Part shown: positions 1 to 14,836 of the stretch, piece after piece
Layout: each line of letters begins with the position of its first letter
Numbering within the stretch: the stretch's first letter is position 1
NCBI GenBank assembly: GCA_037447605.1
Contig: CM074818.1
Coordinates: forward strand, 756,617-820,616
Source of the DNA: Zygnema circumcarinatum SAG 698-1b
Taxonomy: Eukaryota > Plantae > Zygnematophyceae
Length of the DNA: 64,000 bases
Reading direction: 5' to 3'
Position numbers and translations under genes: made by a program
Notes under the pieces: generated by a model
The model's input: the letters and a program-made list of their open reading frames with translations, nothing else
What the model was told of the DNA's origin: nothing
Database searches by the model: none

Positions 1-1007
<1,007 letters not shown>

Positions 1008-1035
1008 TGAAGCAACAATTGTGAAAGAAGATGAC

Positions 1036-4000
1036 CTGAATGATGGTGGCTGCCTTGGCCTCCTTCAAGCTGCGGAAAACCTTCCGTGCCGCCAAACCCC
1101 GCGCATTCGCTTGCAGGCAGAGAGCAGCCCAGCGGAGGGTTTCATACCTCCTCCTGCAAAGCCACCTTCGAGCATATTTCTGAATCTTAATAGCAGCAGC
1201 TCGTTCTCTGAGTCGAGTGAACCGTCTTCTGGCAAGCAGGCCTGCGAAAACGGTAAAAGGGATTCAGGATGTGACAGGAAGTTAAGATATTTCAAGGACA
1301 ACATAGAGGTTACAATTGCACAAACATATCATATGAAAGGTTTTTGAAGAAGACTCAAGATAAGAAGCGTTACAAGAACAGTACTGAAGGCAGCATAAAC
1401 CAAAAGAGGACAACCAACGAGAGAGAAATGATGTGCGAGTGCAAAAAAAGAAAATGTTGAAAATGAAAAGTATTAAAGGACATACCTCGCCATCTCGCCT
1501 GAGCTCTGATTGAAGCTGCTCGGAGGCGACAATATTCTTTTCGCTGCAAAAATGCCCTCAAAGAGCGCTGGATAGTTCGGGCAGCGCTGTTTAACTTTTC
1601 TTGTCGCATGGCATCCAGCTCCGCCATTTGACCGGCACGCAGAAAAACTTTCGTTTTTCCGATCTGGTAGGAATGAAGAAGGAACGCAGGAAACATAAGG
1701 TCTTTAGGGTTTGCCTTCCCATAACATGCTTAACATGGAATTCCTCACAACATGCATGCATGCAGTATATAGTAGGCTTCGTTCCGATCAGAATAAAAGG
1801 GGTCGGTTGCTCTTTGTCTCCTACAGCGACATGAAGCAAACAGCGGTCTGACAAAAAAAAGAAGACACTTTGGACTAACAGGGGATAGAGCGTTCCATTA
1901 GTCGAAGAAAAAAACACGAACTAGTGATAAGCACTTTGGTTTGTTTCATCTTTCCTGAGATACTGCTGACGAGTTAGCCTCTAACAAACATAGAAATATC
2001 CAGCAACATACGGAACCTAGTAGCGGTTGTCGAATTTCATTTACAGTTTGAGAGTAACTAACCAATTTAACCAAACTATTTCGAGCAACCCACCTGATAG
2101 TTCTGCATCTTTCTCCTTTTGAGGATTGTGTCCACAGCCTCCTTCTCATCCCTGCCATACCCCAAAACTCGAAATTCCCTAAGAGTTCCGCCTTCAACTA
2201 GAGTGAATAGGACACTTCTAAAACTAGAAATACAGGAATCATGATATCCTAGAACAATCCTGGTTTGAATTCTGCTTTTATTGTGCAGTTCAGACTATAG
2301 TATTGATACATTGCTCTGCAACTGCAAGTTTTAAAGTGTTCTACAGGCTCCATGAAATGTCAACAAAGGGAATGATGGTAACTACAAGTGTAATTGGCTT
2401 CTTATAACTAAAGGTGAGAGATCAGAAGCAATCACTCACTCCTGATACATCACGTCTGGTTCAACAATTCCAAAGCGGTCCAAAAATTCATCAAATGTCC
2501 TCCGAGTCGGATATCCAGCACAGCTGATTCGAACAGCTTCAAGCACACCCTGCACACAGAAGAATGTTGCTCGGTCAAAATAAGGCATAGAGAGGTACGA
2601 CAAAAAGCTTGTCATATAGTTAGAGGTTTTTAGGTTGGATTTTAGGAAAAATCTTTCTTGCAACTGTTCACAGATTGATGCTTTTGACGATATTTTGAAC
2701 AGGATCGCTATTCAAGGCCTCCAGTGTGCTGATTTATTAACTCATTATCATATCCAAAAACGCATATCTCCCTCTCATGTCTCTCCCTCCCCATTTCTTG
2801 CCCTCTTTCACACATATTTTCTTCCTCTCTTCTCCTTTGTTTTCTTTTTCTTTTATAAAAGATCAGCCTGCTCTTTGAGCACAATGAACATGCTGTTCAA
2901 AACATACATCGGAAGCTATCACCTTCACAAAAACATAACTCACCCCACATCGTAGTTGCTGCAGAACATTTGTTCTCTCAAACTGGCCAGGTTTATTGAA
3001 CGAGTTAGGCTTGATACAGCGGATGTAATGCGGCTCTGTTTCACTAAGAGTTTCCATCAAAGCTTGCAATTGTTGCTGCATTCACATGATCAACCAGTCA
3101 CTGGTCAGAAAATGGTCAAAACCAGCAAAGAAAACGATATGAAGCGAAGCTATAAGCCTTTCGATAGGAACTAATATATGTTAGTGAGATAAAAACGTAA
3201 GTGGAAAATAATAAGTGCTCAAAATATAGTGTCCAACACCTCCCTACAGAAACTCATGAATGAGTACATCCTTTATTACTCACCTTAAAACTGGATCCAA
3301 GAGAGGTAAACTTTGTCTTTGTCTTCTCTGCTTTTTGATTTGCATGAATCAAGAAGAGACCAGAGACAAAGACATCTTCAGATTCCAACATCAAAGACAG
3401 ATGTTCAGCCACTACATAGTCCTTATTTTTCTCCAGAAATAGCTCCGTCTTATAGTTCACCTGCTCCCTCCACCTCAAAGCTTAGCATCAGTCTGAAAGA
3501 AATCTTCTGCCTGTCATTTAAATTCAACTAATCAATCAGGAATGAGAAGCTTTTACAAAATTTTATTTCGCCCTACAGAAAGAGAAAACGAAGATGGGGA
3601 AACGAAGATGCAGGTGATAAACGCATTCAAGTACATATCTTAGTCATTCAACTTAGTCATCTTCTGAACTGAAGAGCCTAGAATCAACCAGCATATCTCT
3701 GAACCATCCTACGCTTCCATTTGCAGGACGTAGCCTTTGAACTTACCTCGCCTGCATAATGGTCAATTGTGAAGTCAGTGCGAGAAAGCTTAGGCTTTCC
3801 AAACCTCCTGTGGTGACCGAGAAGATTCTGATAGAGCTTTGTTGCAAAAGTTTCAAACGTGGCCTTTGGAAACATGCTGCAAATGACGTAGAAAAGAACA
3901 AAAAAAAACTGCCACTCAAAACCCATATATATCACAATCCATATTTGCCTTTCGAGTTTTGAGTGATGGGAGTGTTTGCTTTCAGGCTACAAGACATTTT

Positions 4001-7000
4001 TACAAAACAAGCACGAAGTGCTTTCAGAAAGAAACGAGTTTCAGGAAACGACAAAGCTTTGCCTCTCAAAATTCTAAGGATAAAGAGATTCTGCTCACTC
4101 CAAACGTTGCTCTGGAATTTGAATTTACAGTACTCGAAACTTAACATATTCTGATTGCTCAAAGGCTGCTTTTTGGACAATTACACGGTTTAAAACAAAG
4201 TTGATCATTTTCATGCGCAAACCCCATGTTTTCATCATGAAGAGGCACGTGATCAAACCCTAAGCAACAGCAGTGAGAAAAAAAAAAAAACATAAAACAT
4301 AGAAGTGCGGAAGATATGCCAGTTCATAAGGATATGTTTCTTAGTGCAATGTATGTTGTCACTGTCTTCTCATAAAAGCAGATATCAAAATTTGAAGTCT
4401 CACCATTGTTCATCCAGCAACGCAATGATTCCATATGGCTTCTGCAATACAGAAAAGCCATATCCCATTCATTAGAACAGTGTCTATAGCCATGCTTACT
4501 GTAACTACGAAAAAAAAAACTTTACTTTGGAAGCAAGTTTAAGCATGCTTGTTGTAGGAGATTGACCTTTTCAATGAGTTCCAACACATCTTGATTGTCA
4601 ACAAACTCAATATAACTCCAGTTGATCTCCTCCCTCTCATACTCCTCCTGCTCCGCTTTGAACACATGCTGCACCCCGAGAGAGAAGGGAGAAAGGAAAA
4701 AAAAAAAATCAAAGGCAAAAAGGCGTGTCAGGTGCTCTGTTCTTTGGCTGAAAAGATAAGATGTTAAGCAGGAACTGAAAGAACACAGAAAGAGAGAGAG
4801 ACTGTACTGACTTCTAAAAAATGCCAAGGTTACTGCATTCGAATGTTCAGGCTTCGTAGCAACCCTACCTGATTGAAGTGTTGCTGAAGTTTCTCATTGG
4901 CTAAGTTGATGCAGAATTGTTCAAAACTGCAAAAATGGGAAGCAGAAAAATGTCAGAACAGCAAAAAACAGCCGAAGGACAAATTTGAACCTCCTGCTGA
5001 ACCTACGGCTAGAAACGAAAGGGAGAGAGAGAGTGAGTGGGTTGCTTTAAGCAGTCTTCAACCCACTCAATTTGAGCAAAAGATTTGAAACCATGAAAAG
5101 GATGACCCTCATTTCCAGCACTCGTTGTCAAATTCCAACGATTCCAATTCGTCGAATTGGGGTTAAAAAATGGATCAAGCAAGAGGCAGTTCGTCATAAT
5201 CTCTACACCCCCCCAACATAAGGATAGCCTGTGATGGGAAGAATAGATCACCTATTTTCTTGAAAGCTCTCAAATCCGTAAATGTCCAGCACGCCGATCA
5301 GCGTTGTGGAGTCAGGATCTTGACCAATTGACTTATTCACTTTTTCGACCAACCTGGTCAACAAGCCATGAATACCGCCACACCACTTTTAGGGGGGGAG
5401 AAAAACAATGAATCGGAAAGAACAACACTCAACTGTCTGCAGATTTTGAAGATATCAGACCCTTACCAAGGATTATAAATTTTAAATCGAAAGTGCAAAA
5501 ATTCTAATGCTTAAATTTTGCATCGACTTAGAAAGGTTTGGTCCACCCAGTCTCTGAAAGCTGCTCAAAGGAAACCCAAATCCTAACAATTCAGTACATA
5601 GGAAAGGGTTCTTAGGGTTCTCAGGTTTTTTAAGTTTCCCTAAAAAACCAGTAAACTTCATCCTTTAATCCTTTAGAATCGAAAGGGTCCGAGTACAAAC
5701 CAGTCAAATAAGCGGGCATAAATAGTTTTTGCCAGAGTATCCCGATTAATGATAGCAGCTTCCGGGTCTAAAGTTCGGACAATGGACTCGTCTCTTGTAA
5801 CAATGGTTCGAGTGGTCAGTGCATTTTTAAGGCCCGTTAAAGGACACCTGTAATCCACCGCCCGATTTGATAATTGGTTAGTTTTAGATGAATCCAATTA
5901 GATCTAATTATCTAGTTTTCAAGGCCCTAAGAATCGCCAAAAGAGAAGAGGACTGAACTGTTCCAGCTGATGAGACACTCAACAAACAATCAACTAAGCC
6001 GGAAGTTTGAAGCTTTGTGGAAAAAAAAAAAAGGCTGTCAAAAGTCCTGGCAACTGCACAAATGGAGAAGTCCAAGGAGCCAATGCAATACACATAGAGA
6101 GAAGAAAGTGGAAAGGTTAAGAGTCTGACTTCAACAATTCAGCACAAGCCTCCAGATGAAACTCTGCCTTCTCATCCGCAATTTTGGAAGAATCCGTCTC
6201 TTGTCCGGGCAAGAAAGTGACATTTCCTAGGTGAAGAATGGCAGCCACCACTCTGAATATGGCTTCCTGTGCCCATGTACGAACACCGATCCTAAATGAT
6301 TAGAGATACGATTTCAGCCGTTCTAGAAGCTCCCAGTATCTAAGGATTACCTACCTACGGTAAAGATCCGATTAAGAAGCTATCGATTAAGAGCCTCCGT
6401 ATATCCCTCAACGCCTCATCCATAACTTAGCCCACCACACTCGTGTTTCTCAATACATTACTGATTATACTATGACAGGCATTAAGTTAAAGATCATTGT
6501 AAAGCTGCAGAAGGGATCAAATGTGTACTACGACGAAGGGCCATGCATGTCTATGCATGGTATGTGCACAATAATGTACAGAGTGAGCAATTGGTGCCCA
6601 TGAATTGTAAGCCTACAAAGTGCATTTTTTGCAATCACTCACCTGCTCCTCTGGACTCACTCCTACAACACTCATTGCCCGTTTTGTCTTCAAGTACTCA
6701 GAAGCATTGCTCTCCTTGCCAGGAATCTCTATACAGGAGCTTTGATTGAGATAGTGGAAACTTTCTGCAGGACCAAGCTTGTACAGCTCCGCTTCCTGCA
6801 AGCAACGATGAACAAGCAAACATTCAATTTCGTGTGATTGTTTTTCCAGTAAAGTGCATAGTAAATATGTTCTACACAAAAACATCCGCTACTTCTTCCA
6901 AGAAGAGAAGGAATTGATTCGAAAAACAATTTCAGCGGGAGTGAGCGGGAGAAGAGGGAGGTGAACGAGAGAAAGGGAAAGTGAGAAAGTAAACAGCATA

Positions 7001-10000
7001 TGAGAGACTCCGTATATGCGGAGTGACCCTCATAGTACAACCTTATAAAGCAGAGAATTTCTAGCTACCAACCTCTGGAGAGGCTCCAGCGCAGAGTTGA
7101 TAGAAGCAGTGATAATTTCGCTCGGGATTGGATATCTGCACAACTCTAGAGCGCTCCAAAAGATATGTCCGAACAGCGGCTCCCGAAATTCTCTGGCTTT
7201 TGTCAAACTGAATCTCCACAAACTTACCGAAGCGACTGCACACAGCAGAGACAACAATAGAAAAAGGAAACCTTCAGAGACAGACAGCAAGATGGTGGTT
7301 CTTACAATATCCAAACATTGTAGGTTGTGAAACGTACCTCGAATTGTCATTCCGGACAGTTTTCGCATTTCCAAAGGCCTCCAGCAGTGGATTTGACTGC
7401 ATTTCACCAAAATACGAGAGATTAGGAAACAAATCGATTTTTAGAAAGACTGAAGGTTGCAAGATTCCTTGCTAGGACTTTATGAGTCGCCCAAAGTCAT
7501 ATAATGAAGTCGTCAGCGGAAGAATACATGATGTGCGGAACTCTCTCTCCTCTCTCGCTCACTCCTTTCCCTCTCTCCTCCCTCCTCTCCCTGCTCCCTG
7601 TTCCCCTCTCCCCGATTCCCCTGCCCCGCTCCCCCCTCCCCGCTCCCACCTTCCCTCCTCCACTCTCACACACTCTAATTTTCACTCCTCCCCCTCGTCT
7701 CGCTCTCTCTCCCATTCCTCAATCCTTCCCCTCGCACTCTCCCTCAAAAATCTCTTTGTGTTAAAATACCGCGGTGCGGATGAAGCTTCAGTGAATGCTG
7801 AAGAATGCATCAGGCATAACACCAAGACGATTGTTCTTATTAAGACGTTCTTTCTCCCTGCCACTTGTCTTTTTGCTCCTCTCTGCTTGCATGTGTAGGG
7901 GAGTGTGGCGAAGGAAAAGGGGGAGGGGGGGTCCAGACAGGACCAAGTATGCATAAAAAAGAACAGAAGCAACATCCTGCAAAACAATGAATACTGAAAA
8001 CTGCCTCTCTCCCTCTCCCCCCCTCACTCTCGCCCTGCCCCTACTCTCACTCTCGCCACTCGCTTTCAGTCTTCCTTTCTTCCTCAGCTTCCTCTGTCTC
8101 TCTTCCGTACATCCTCCATCATTCTCTCAAGCTCTCCATGAGCTCAATCTTAATCTAACTCCCTCCCACTCTTCTCATGTCCTCCTCTTTCTTCTCTCCG
8201 CAATATGATATCTCCACGTGTCATCTTCTCCCCCAGTTCCCACCTAGTCCCATTGTCTTGTTCCGTTTCTTGCTTTCTCAAAAGCTCTGCTCCCCTCTGT
8301 CCTTTCCTGTCCTTTTTTCCTCTCTCCGCTTTCCCGCCGTCCCCTTGTCCTTTCTTGCTCCTTCGCACTCCTTCCTTTCCACTCCTCCCTCCGATCTTCC
8401 TTCTATAACTCCTGCTTTTCCCCTGTCATCTTCCTCTTCACTGATCCCCTTCCCTTTTTATCCTCTCCCTCTCCATCTCCCACTCCCTTTGGCTACCGTT
8501 CGCTCCACATTGAACTCTCCCTTGATGTCTCTTTTTCCTCTCACCCTCTCCTGACTCCCTCAACTCATCGTTGCCTAAGCCTACGATCGCATGCCCCACT
8601 CTCTCTTCTCTGACCTCCTCTCTCCCCTCTTCTCTCTTCTCCCTCTCCTCTTCCGTCCCCTTCCCCCCTGCGTCCCTCCCTCCCTCCCACCCTCTCGCAC
8701 ATCCACTACCTTCACTCTCTCTTCAGTCTTCCCCTTCACTTTCTTTCACAACTGCTCCCAGACTCTCAATCCCGACCACCGCTTTCCCTTTTCTTCAAGT
8801 TATCTCCCATTTACTCCCTCTCATCCTCACCTTTTCTCTCTCTTCCCTCTACCTCGTCCCCTCCTCCATTCCTCTTTCCCTCCGACTCATGCCTGACTTC
8901 CCCGCTCAACTCCTTCCCTCTTTGTCACTCCCTATTTTTTCTAGCTCTCCGTCTTCCCCTTCCTCTCCCCTTCCCCTCTCCCTCTCCATCCCCCTTCCCT
9001 TCCCCTCTACCTCTCCCCCGCTTTCTCCCCACTCCCTCTCTCTTTCTCTCCCCTTCTCCCTTCCTTTCCGTGCTGCCCTTCTCTCTTCCTCTCCCTACAG
9101 CTTATCTCCCTATCTCTCTTTCCCTCCTATCTCTGAAACAGGGCGTTCCCGCATGCACCTCCAGCACTTGCGACTCCACTGTCCTGCCGTCGGACTCCAC
9201 GCGGCCGCCCATGTAAGCGAGGTATTGCATTATCAGTTTTGTAGTTTCCGTCTTTCCAGCACCACTCTCTCCGCTCACCAGAATGGCCTGGCTCTTGTCC
9301 TCGTCTGTCATGGCCCTGTTTGAGAGGGAGAGAGTGAGAGAGAGAAAACGAGAGATCATAAAGTCAGCTTCAATTAAAAATCGCAATTTAACTTTGACAC
9401 AGATTCAGCATTTTAATTCAAACCTCATCATATTCAGGTTATGAACAGAATGAGGTCACACTCGCAGATACTTTGTGCCGAGCCATAATTACCATGTGTC
9501 TATCTCCAAACTGTACCGACACTCACTTTCTCTCTCTGACAAGGTGCTCTACTTTCTTTCCCACATACATACCCTCAATTCTAGCCCTTTGTGTTTTCTG
9601 GAATTCATCCGAACCGATACATGCAGTGAAAGGGGGATGGACCACTATTCTGGCCGCAGACTTTCCTCGCATGAGTTAACTCTAACCCTAACCCTGACCT
9701 CAAGCAACCCTAAGCTTACCCCTCATTATAAGAAGGACTATGCTTACAGCGACCACGCTAAGAGAATGCTGACCTGAATGCGCTTTCAGCAATAGCAAAC
9801 ACGTGAGGGCTCAGCTCCCCAAGTTTAGCCCCTTTGTATTGTTCCATCATGGAGCTGTCATACAAATGCGGCAGCTTTGTGAAGGGATTCACTGCAATCA
9901 GGATGTTGCCCGTGTAGGTCTGCCAACGATTGAAAGAACAAAACAATAAATAAGGTGAAAAAAATAATAATTTGAAAGAAAGCAAAAATATATCCGCTTG

Positions 10001-11098
10001 AGTAAGGCTGCTGTGAATGGTTGAGCAAATGCTGGTTTCTGAACTTTCACTTTCATCCATCAGGAGAAAAGAAAGACTTCACTATGCCTGAAGCTCAAGT
10101 AAGCTGAGAATAACAAATTATTCATGAAAAATGGACCAAACTGTGCATAGAATGACAGAGATAAGGTAAGGTACTAGTACAAATGCAAGAAAAAACATCA
10201 ACTCGAACGAATATAAAAAAAAAAAAAAAGCAAAAGCGAGTCTAAACATAAATACAACAACTGATGCAAGAACCATGATCAGACATACACAATAAAACCG
10301 ATAATGACAACCTCCTGTACACAAGTCTCAAGTTATAATTACAATTCCACATTATACATTATTCCAATTACACGTTCTGGATGCAAAATGAGGCGAGAGA
10401 CACACATATATTTCATCAAGTGAATATCGTGCTTCCAAATTATGCAGAACTCCGGGCTCATGCAAGTACGCCAATTTGGTCATATCATCGATTCCTCCAT
10501 TTGGGGCGTCTTGGTCTTTCGGCTGCAGCCTCGACAGAGGCGTCCAAACCTGCAACCGCCCCGCCTCAAAAATGTTCATCAGTTCATCACAGAAAGGAGG
10601 ACATTATGATGTTGAGTATTCATACATTACCGTCTGCCTGTCAAATTGATTATACGACAGAAAAGAATCCCAAAAAAAAAGTTGAAACTTGCATGAGAAT
10701 TAATCGAAATGTACAGAAAAACACTTTTTTATACACGCGGGGTACAAGTAGAGAGCAAAAAGTTCAGCAGCAGCAGCAGCAGTCAGCCATGGCTGTGCTT
10801 AAGAGAACTGCCGCTTGAAAAAGCTCGCGAGTGACACTCCCAGTATCACAACGAATGTATACAGAAAGGAAAAAAAAAAACGGTGAAGTATGAATAGCAG
10901 AAGATTTCTCGGTCTATTTCCAACGTTAAGGACGTCAGGCTTAAGTAAGAAGGAAGGCCTTTCTCGGCGCTCCACAAAAGGCTTCTCGCCGTCACTCGGG
11001 TGACTGAGCCAGCCAGTTCTCACCTTTTCCTCCTCCTTCTTCTTCTTCTTCTTCATTGTTACTCCCCACATATCCTGCACTCCCATATCTTGTTAAGC

Positions 11099-11145
<47 letters not shown>

Positions 11146-12121
11146 TCTCTCTTCCCCCACTTCTTTCCTTTTTCTCTGCAACTATTCCTTGCGAGAAGAA
11201 CATCACGTGCTCTGTCTCTGGCAATTAGGCTTTGCCACGGCTGCCATACATGCATGCATGTAAATAACCTGCTCTCACTCTCTCTCACTTTTCTCCCTGC
11301 AACTATTGCTTGCGAGAAGAACATCACTTGCTCTGTCTCTGGCAATAAGGCTCAGCCATGCCTGCCATGTGTACATGTACACATACACGCATACATACCT
11401 GGATATTTACATGTATACATACATGTATACATGCGTACATGTCCATAACTGCATACATACATACATACATACATGCATGTATGGATATACATATATTGCT
11501 TTGAAGCCTCACCGTGGATGTTTCATGGCCGGTGGAGTCTTCGATTTTTTTCACTTCGGCTTTATCTCCCTTGACGTCGAGGACGATGCCCGAGGCCCAC
11601 GCGCAGTTCGAGTCCTCCACCCACACGGCCGATCCGACTCCGACGTTCCCTGGAGCCTGCAAGACACAGAGGAAAAAAAAAAAAAAGGATGGCAAAAAAA
11701 GAAAGAATTATGAAACAATAAATAAAAGGTTTCAAGAATGTAATGCAACGTGTTGAGCAGCAGCAGCATGATGTTAGAGATGTTTCAATCATTCAAAAAA
11801 GCGATGGAAGAATGTCGATTTCGGATGAAAGTGTGTCACGCTCCGCTGAACCTGGACCGTATCTGGTGCAATGTTCATTGCTTATCACGCCGAAAATTGC
11901 TCTTCATGTGGAAGGTTTGCAAGATGGAAACCTCGCTTGCGATCAGTTTCCAAGCACAAACCAGGTTTTTGAGCTCTGCCTTTAGAAAATGGAGCAGTTT
12001 CACACACACACATCCTTCCGTCCTGAGACGAACTCACATACATAGTTCCAGCTCTAAATGCATCAAGAAGCACCACATCCAAGGTCTGCAGCACTACAAA
12101 TATTTCCCAAGCCCTTACCAT
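1036..12121 (-). CDS. Class XI myosin (SH3-like N-terminus, motor domain, IQ motifs); coiled-coil and DIL tail exons not in window
   Basis: Exons (minus strand, GT-AG, phases consistent): 12119-12121 (probable ATG-only exon, ATG|gtaagg), 11513-11656, 10406-10549, 9774-9919, 9159-9315 (P-loop GESGAGKT), 7338-7396, 7073-7235 (NDNSS|RFGK), 6643-6795, 6130-6266, 5701-5847, 5252-5353 (DIYGFE), 4869-4926, 4567-4668, 4404-4441, 3747-3876, 3284-3460, 2944-3075, 2440-2549, 2094-2151, 1486-1663, 1036-1241 (IQ motifs, e.g. [14 protein letters not shown]). Confidence 0.96.
7500..9120. repeat. CT/GA-rich low-complexity DNA in myosin intron 5
   Basis: Long polypyrimidine (plus strand) stretch between exons at 7396 and 9159; it produces spurious Ser/Pro/Leu ORFs. 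Confidence 0.8.
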
Positions 12122-13272
12122 TGCGTCACCACAGCACGCTTCTCCAATCAATACGTATTCAGATTCCTCCCAAAACAGTCCCTACCACACAATAAACCTT
12201 CCAACCTTAGCTCCTCCAAAACCCTACAATCGAACAAAGGCACGCCTCCCCTCCTTTTGTCCTCCTGCAATTCTCTCTCTCAAGACGGGCGCAGATCCCT
12301 GCGACCTCTACCTCTCAAACTCCGCAATAAATTCCTGCCCTGCCCCGCCGCATCCTCCCCTCCATCCGTCTTCCCAAGAGGCGGCAGCAGCCATGGCTGC
12401 CCTCCCTCCTGCTCCCCTGCCAGCCCTCCTGCACACCTGCTCCTGCGCACGGTTCACCGCACGGTTCACCGCATGGTTCTCCGCGCGGTATTCGAAACGG
12501 CACTATTTTGGGTCAGGTATCTCAAAAGTAGAGAATTTCAAAATTTCATAAACTAGAATTGGTATCCTTATCATAGACAAAATATGATAGAAAAGAAACG
12601 CAATGTACAGATCCTTGAAATATGTCCTATATTTGATTTTTCAAATCTAAAATTCCCTAATTCAATAATCCGCTTCGCTGGACTCGTCAGGCAACCGAGA
12701 AATCAGAAATGGGCGCTATACCCCCTTTGTACTTCAAACCAAACGGACGCAGTTTGCAACCGTCCGACCTGCGGGTTTTTTGCTGGTTTTGAGAATTTTG
12801 CGCAACCGATCACCCTCATGAAAATTTTTGAATGACTGAAACAATCGAGAGCTGCCACGTCGTGGACTTTCTCAGTTTTCGGGCAGATTCCTCTGAATTT
12901 GAACTGGAACGGACTTTTTCTGGCTGCCCGAATACGTGTGGGTCACCGTACGGACAAACCGTACAATTTATTTATTTTATTTAGTTTTTATAACGTTGGA
13001 GCGCCCGCTTTGTCGGGACGCGGAGCTTGGACGGATTCGAAAAGATCCGTTGAGGGGGAAAAGGCCGACAATCAATGGAACGCAACCACTCGTTGGTTTG
13101 CCAACCATTGGCAACGATTGGCTGGGTCGCCAGGGCATGCCATGGCATGGTATCGCATCGCATCGCAGGGCATGGGGAAAAATCTATAACAGGCCCGTAC
13201 TTCAAAAGTTCAAACTGTATGTCGTCTATGTTTGCATGTGGGCCCCACGGAGGCGTATTGGGGCACATGGGC

Positions 13273-13687
13273 GTTGGAAGTATGTTTGAGATCCGTACAA
13301 TCGGACATAGAGTCGTACGGGACTTTTGTACTGTACGAAAGTAGTGTACGAAACTATACGGACGGTGTCACGTGTTGAGTGTTAGCAAGTGATGTGAATC
13401 CCTAGACCCTTTGATCGTATCGTTCATGTTGTTCATCATGGTATCATGCTTTTGGCGACTAGGTTTTAGGAAGGACATATATAAGACTATTATTTTCTGT
13501 GTCTTTGTCAACCGGAGCTTTGAGGGAAAGCATAGGATGCTTGAGCTCTTGTTCAATTTTCGAATAAAGTTTAGGGGATATATGTGTTATACCTTGAATG
13601 ATTGAAATTGTTGAAAATGTCTAGGAAACGAAAGTCTCATTAAGATGAGATGGAAGAAACTGAGAGATAATAGAGCCCAGTTCAACA
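13273..13687 (+). mobile_element. Probable solo LTR inserted in repeat copy 1
   Basis: About 415 bp absent from the copy at ~20475. Begins GTTGGAAG and ends TTCAACA (TG...CA-like), with TATATAAG and AATAAA inside. No clean TSD. Confidence 0.4.
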
Positions 13688-13762
13688 AAGAACACGTTGT
13701 AGATGGGCGGGCAATGGAAGGAAGCAAGGAAGGATAGTGGGCATGAGAGCAAGGGGAGCGGT

Positions 13763-14063
13763 CATGGGGTAGCATGCCCATGATGGAGTACCATGCCCAT
13801 GATGGGGTAGTACGCCAATCATGGGGTAGCATGCTTGTAGTGGCGTAGCATGCCCATGATGGAGTACCATGCCCATGATGGGGTAGCACGCCAATCATGG
13901 GGTAGCATGCTTGTAGTGGCGTAGCATGCCCATGATTGGGTAGCATGCCCATAATGGGGTAACATTCCCATAGTGGCGTACCATGCCCATGATGGCGTAG
14001 GATGCCCATGATATTGTAGCATGTCCACGATTTGGTACCATGCCCATAATGGGGTACCATGCC
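13763..14063. repeat. 19-bp minisatellite (CATGCCCATGATGGGGTAG)n
   Basis: About 16 degenerate units with a twice-repeated ~76-bp higher-order unit; only about 4 units in the sister copy (20550-20625). Confidence 0.85.
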
Positions 14064-14836
14064 TTGAAGTGGCTAGTTTAGAGGATGACATGGGGGTGTA
14101 GCAAATTGAAACATATTCAAAGAGTTATTCCCTCAACTTTAAATCCTCCAACCAAGACAGAAGGTTCTGACCCAAAGTTGAAAAGGGAGCAGCATTGTTG
14201 GCAAAAAAAATATAAATGGGTTTGTGTGTGTGTGTTTTCACATCACTTTCATATACAAACCCCTAAGCATCCTAAAGCCTAATTCACCTCTACTCATGTG
14301 TAGAGATGAGAGCATTCCACATATCAAAGGGGCGTGGTGGCATATAATTTGTTAGTGCAAAGGGGACTCTAAGAAGAATAAACACATGCCCGGATGAAAC
14401 TCAAAACTTTTCTTCACTTCCTTGGGCCACATACCGCTTCCCTTGCAATATGCCTTCTCATCTAGCCCTCGCCATGTTTCGCACAGCGGAAACTAAACGC
14501 GCCACCTACAAGAACACTTCTTATGGTCTTGGCTCCTTCAGACTCCATGCTCCTCCAATAGTCTCCTCTTTTGGAGCGACACACCCCCCATACAATGGTC
14601 GCCTCCACTCATCCGCCACGCCAACCTAACACAAGGACTCAACATGAAAAATGACACAACAATAAGGAGAAAGCTCACGGCCCTAAAACTCCTTAATAAT
14701 CATAAATGTAATACAAGCTCCTTAAGAAATCTACATAATTCCTTTATGCTAGATTCTCCTCCTCACATGAGCACTATATTATCTTCTGATAAATATCTTA
14801 CACCCAAAATACTATAGCCAAGCACTTCATGCCTCC

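Noticed and set aside
11160-11350. ~120-bp tandem duplication and (TACA)n tract in myosin intron 2
   Set aside because: Ordinary local intronic duplication and microsatellite with no sign of function.
12360-12395. Alternative myosin start ATGGCTGCTGCC (minus strand, ~12394)
   Set aside because: Frame hits a stop and offers no phase-0 donor; ATG|gtaagg at 12119-12121 fits exon 2 and the family pattern.
14350-14830. Possible degenerate LINE 3' region around the TRIM
   Set aside because: Only vague similarity and many stops; cannot be supported without a search.
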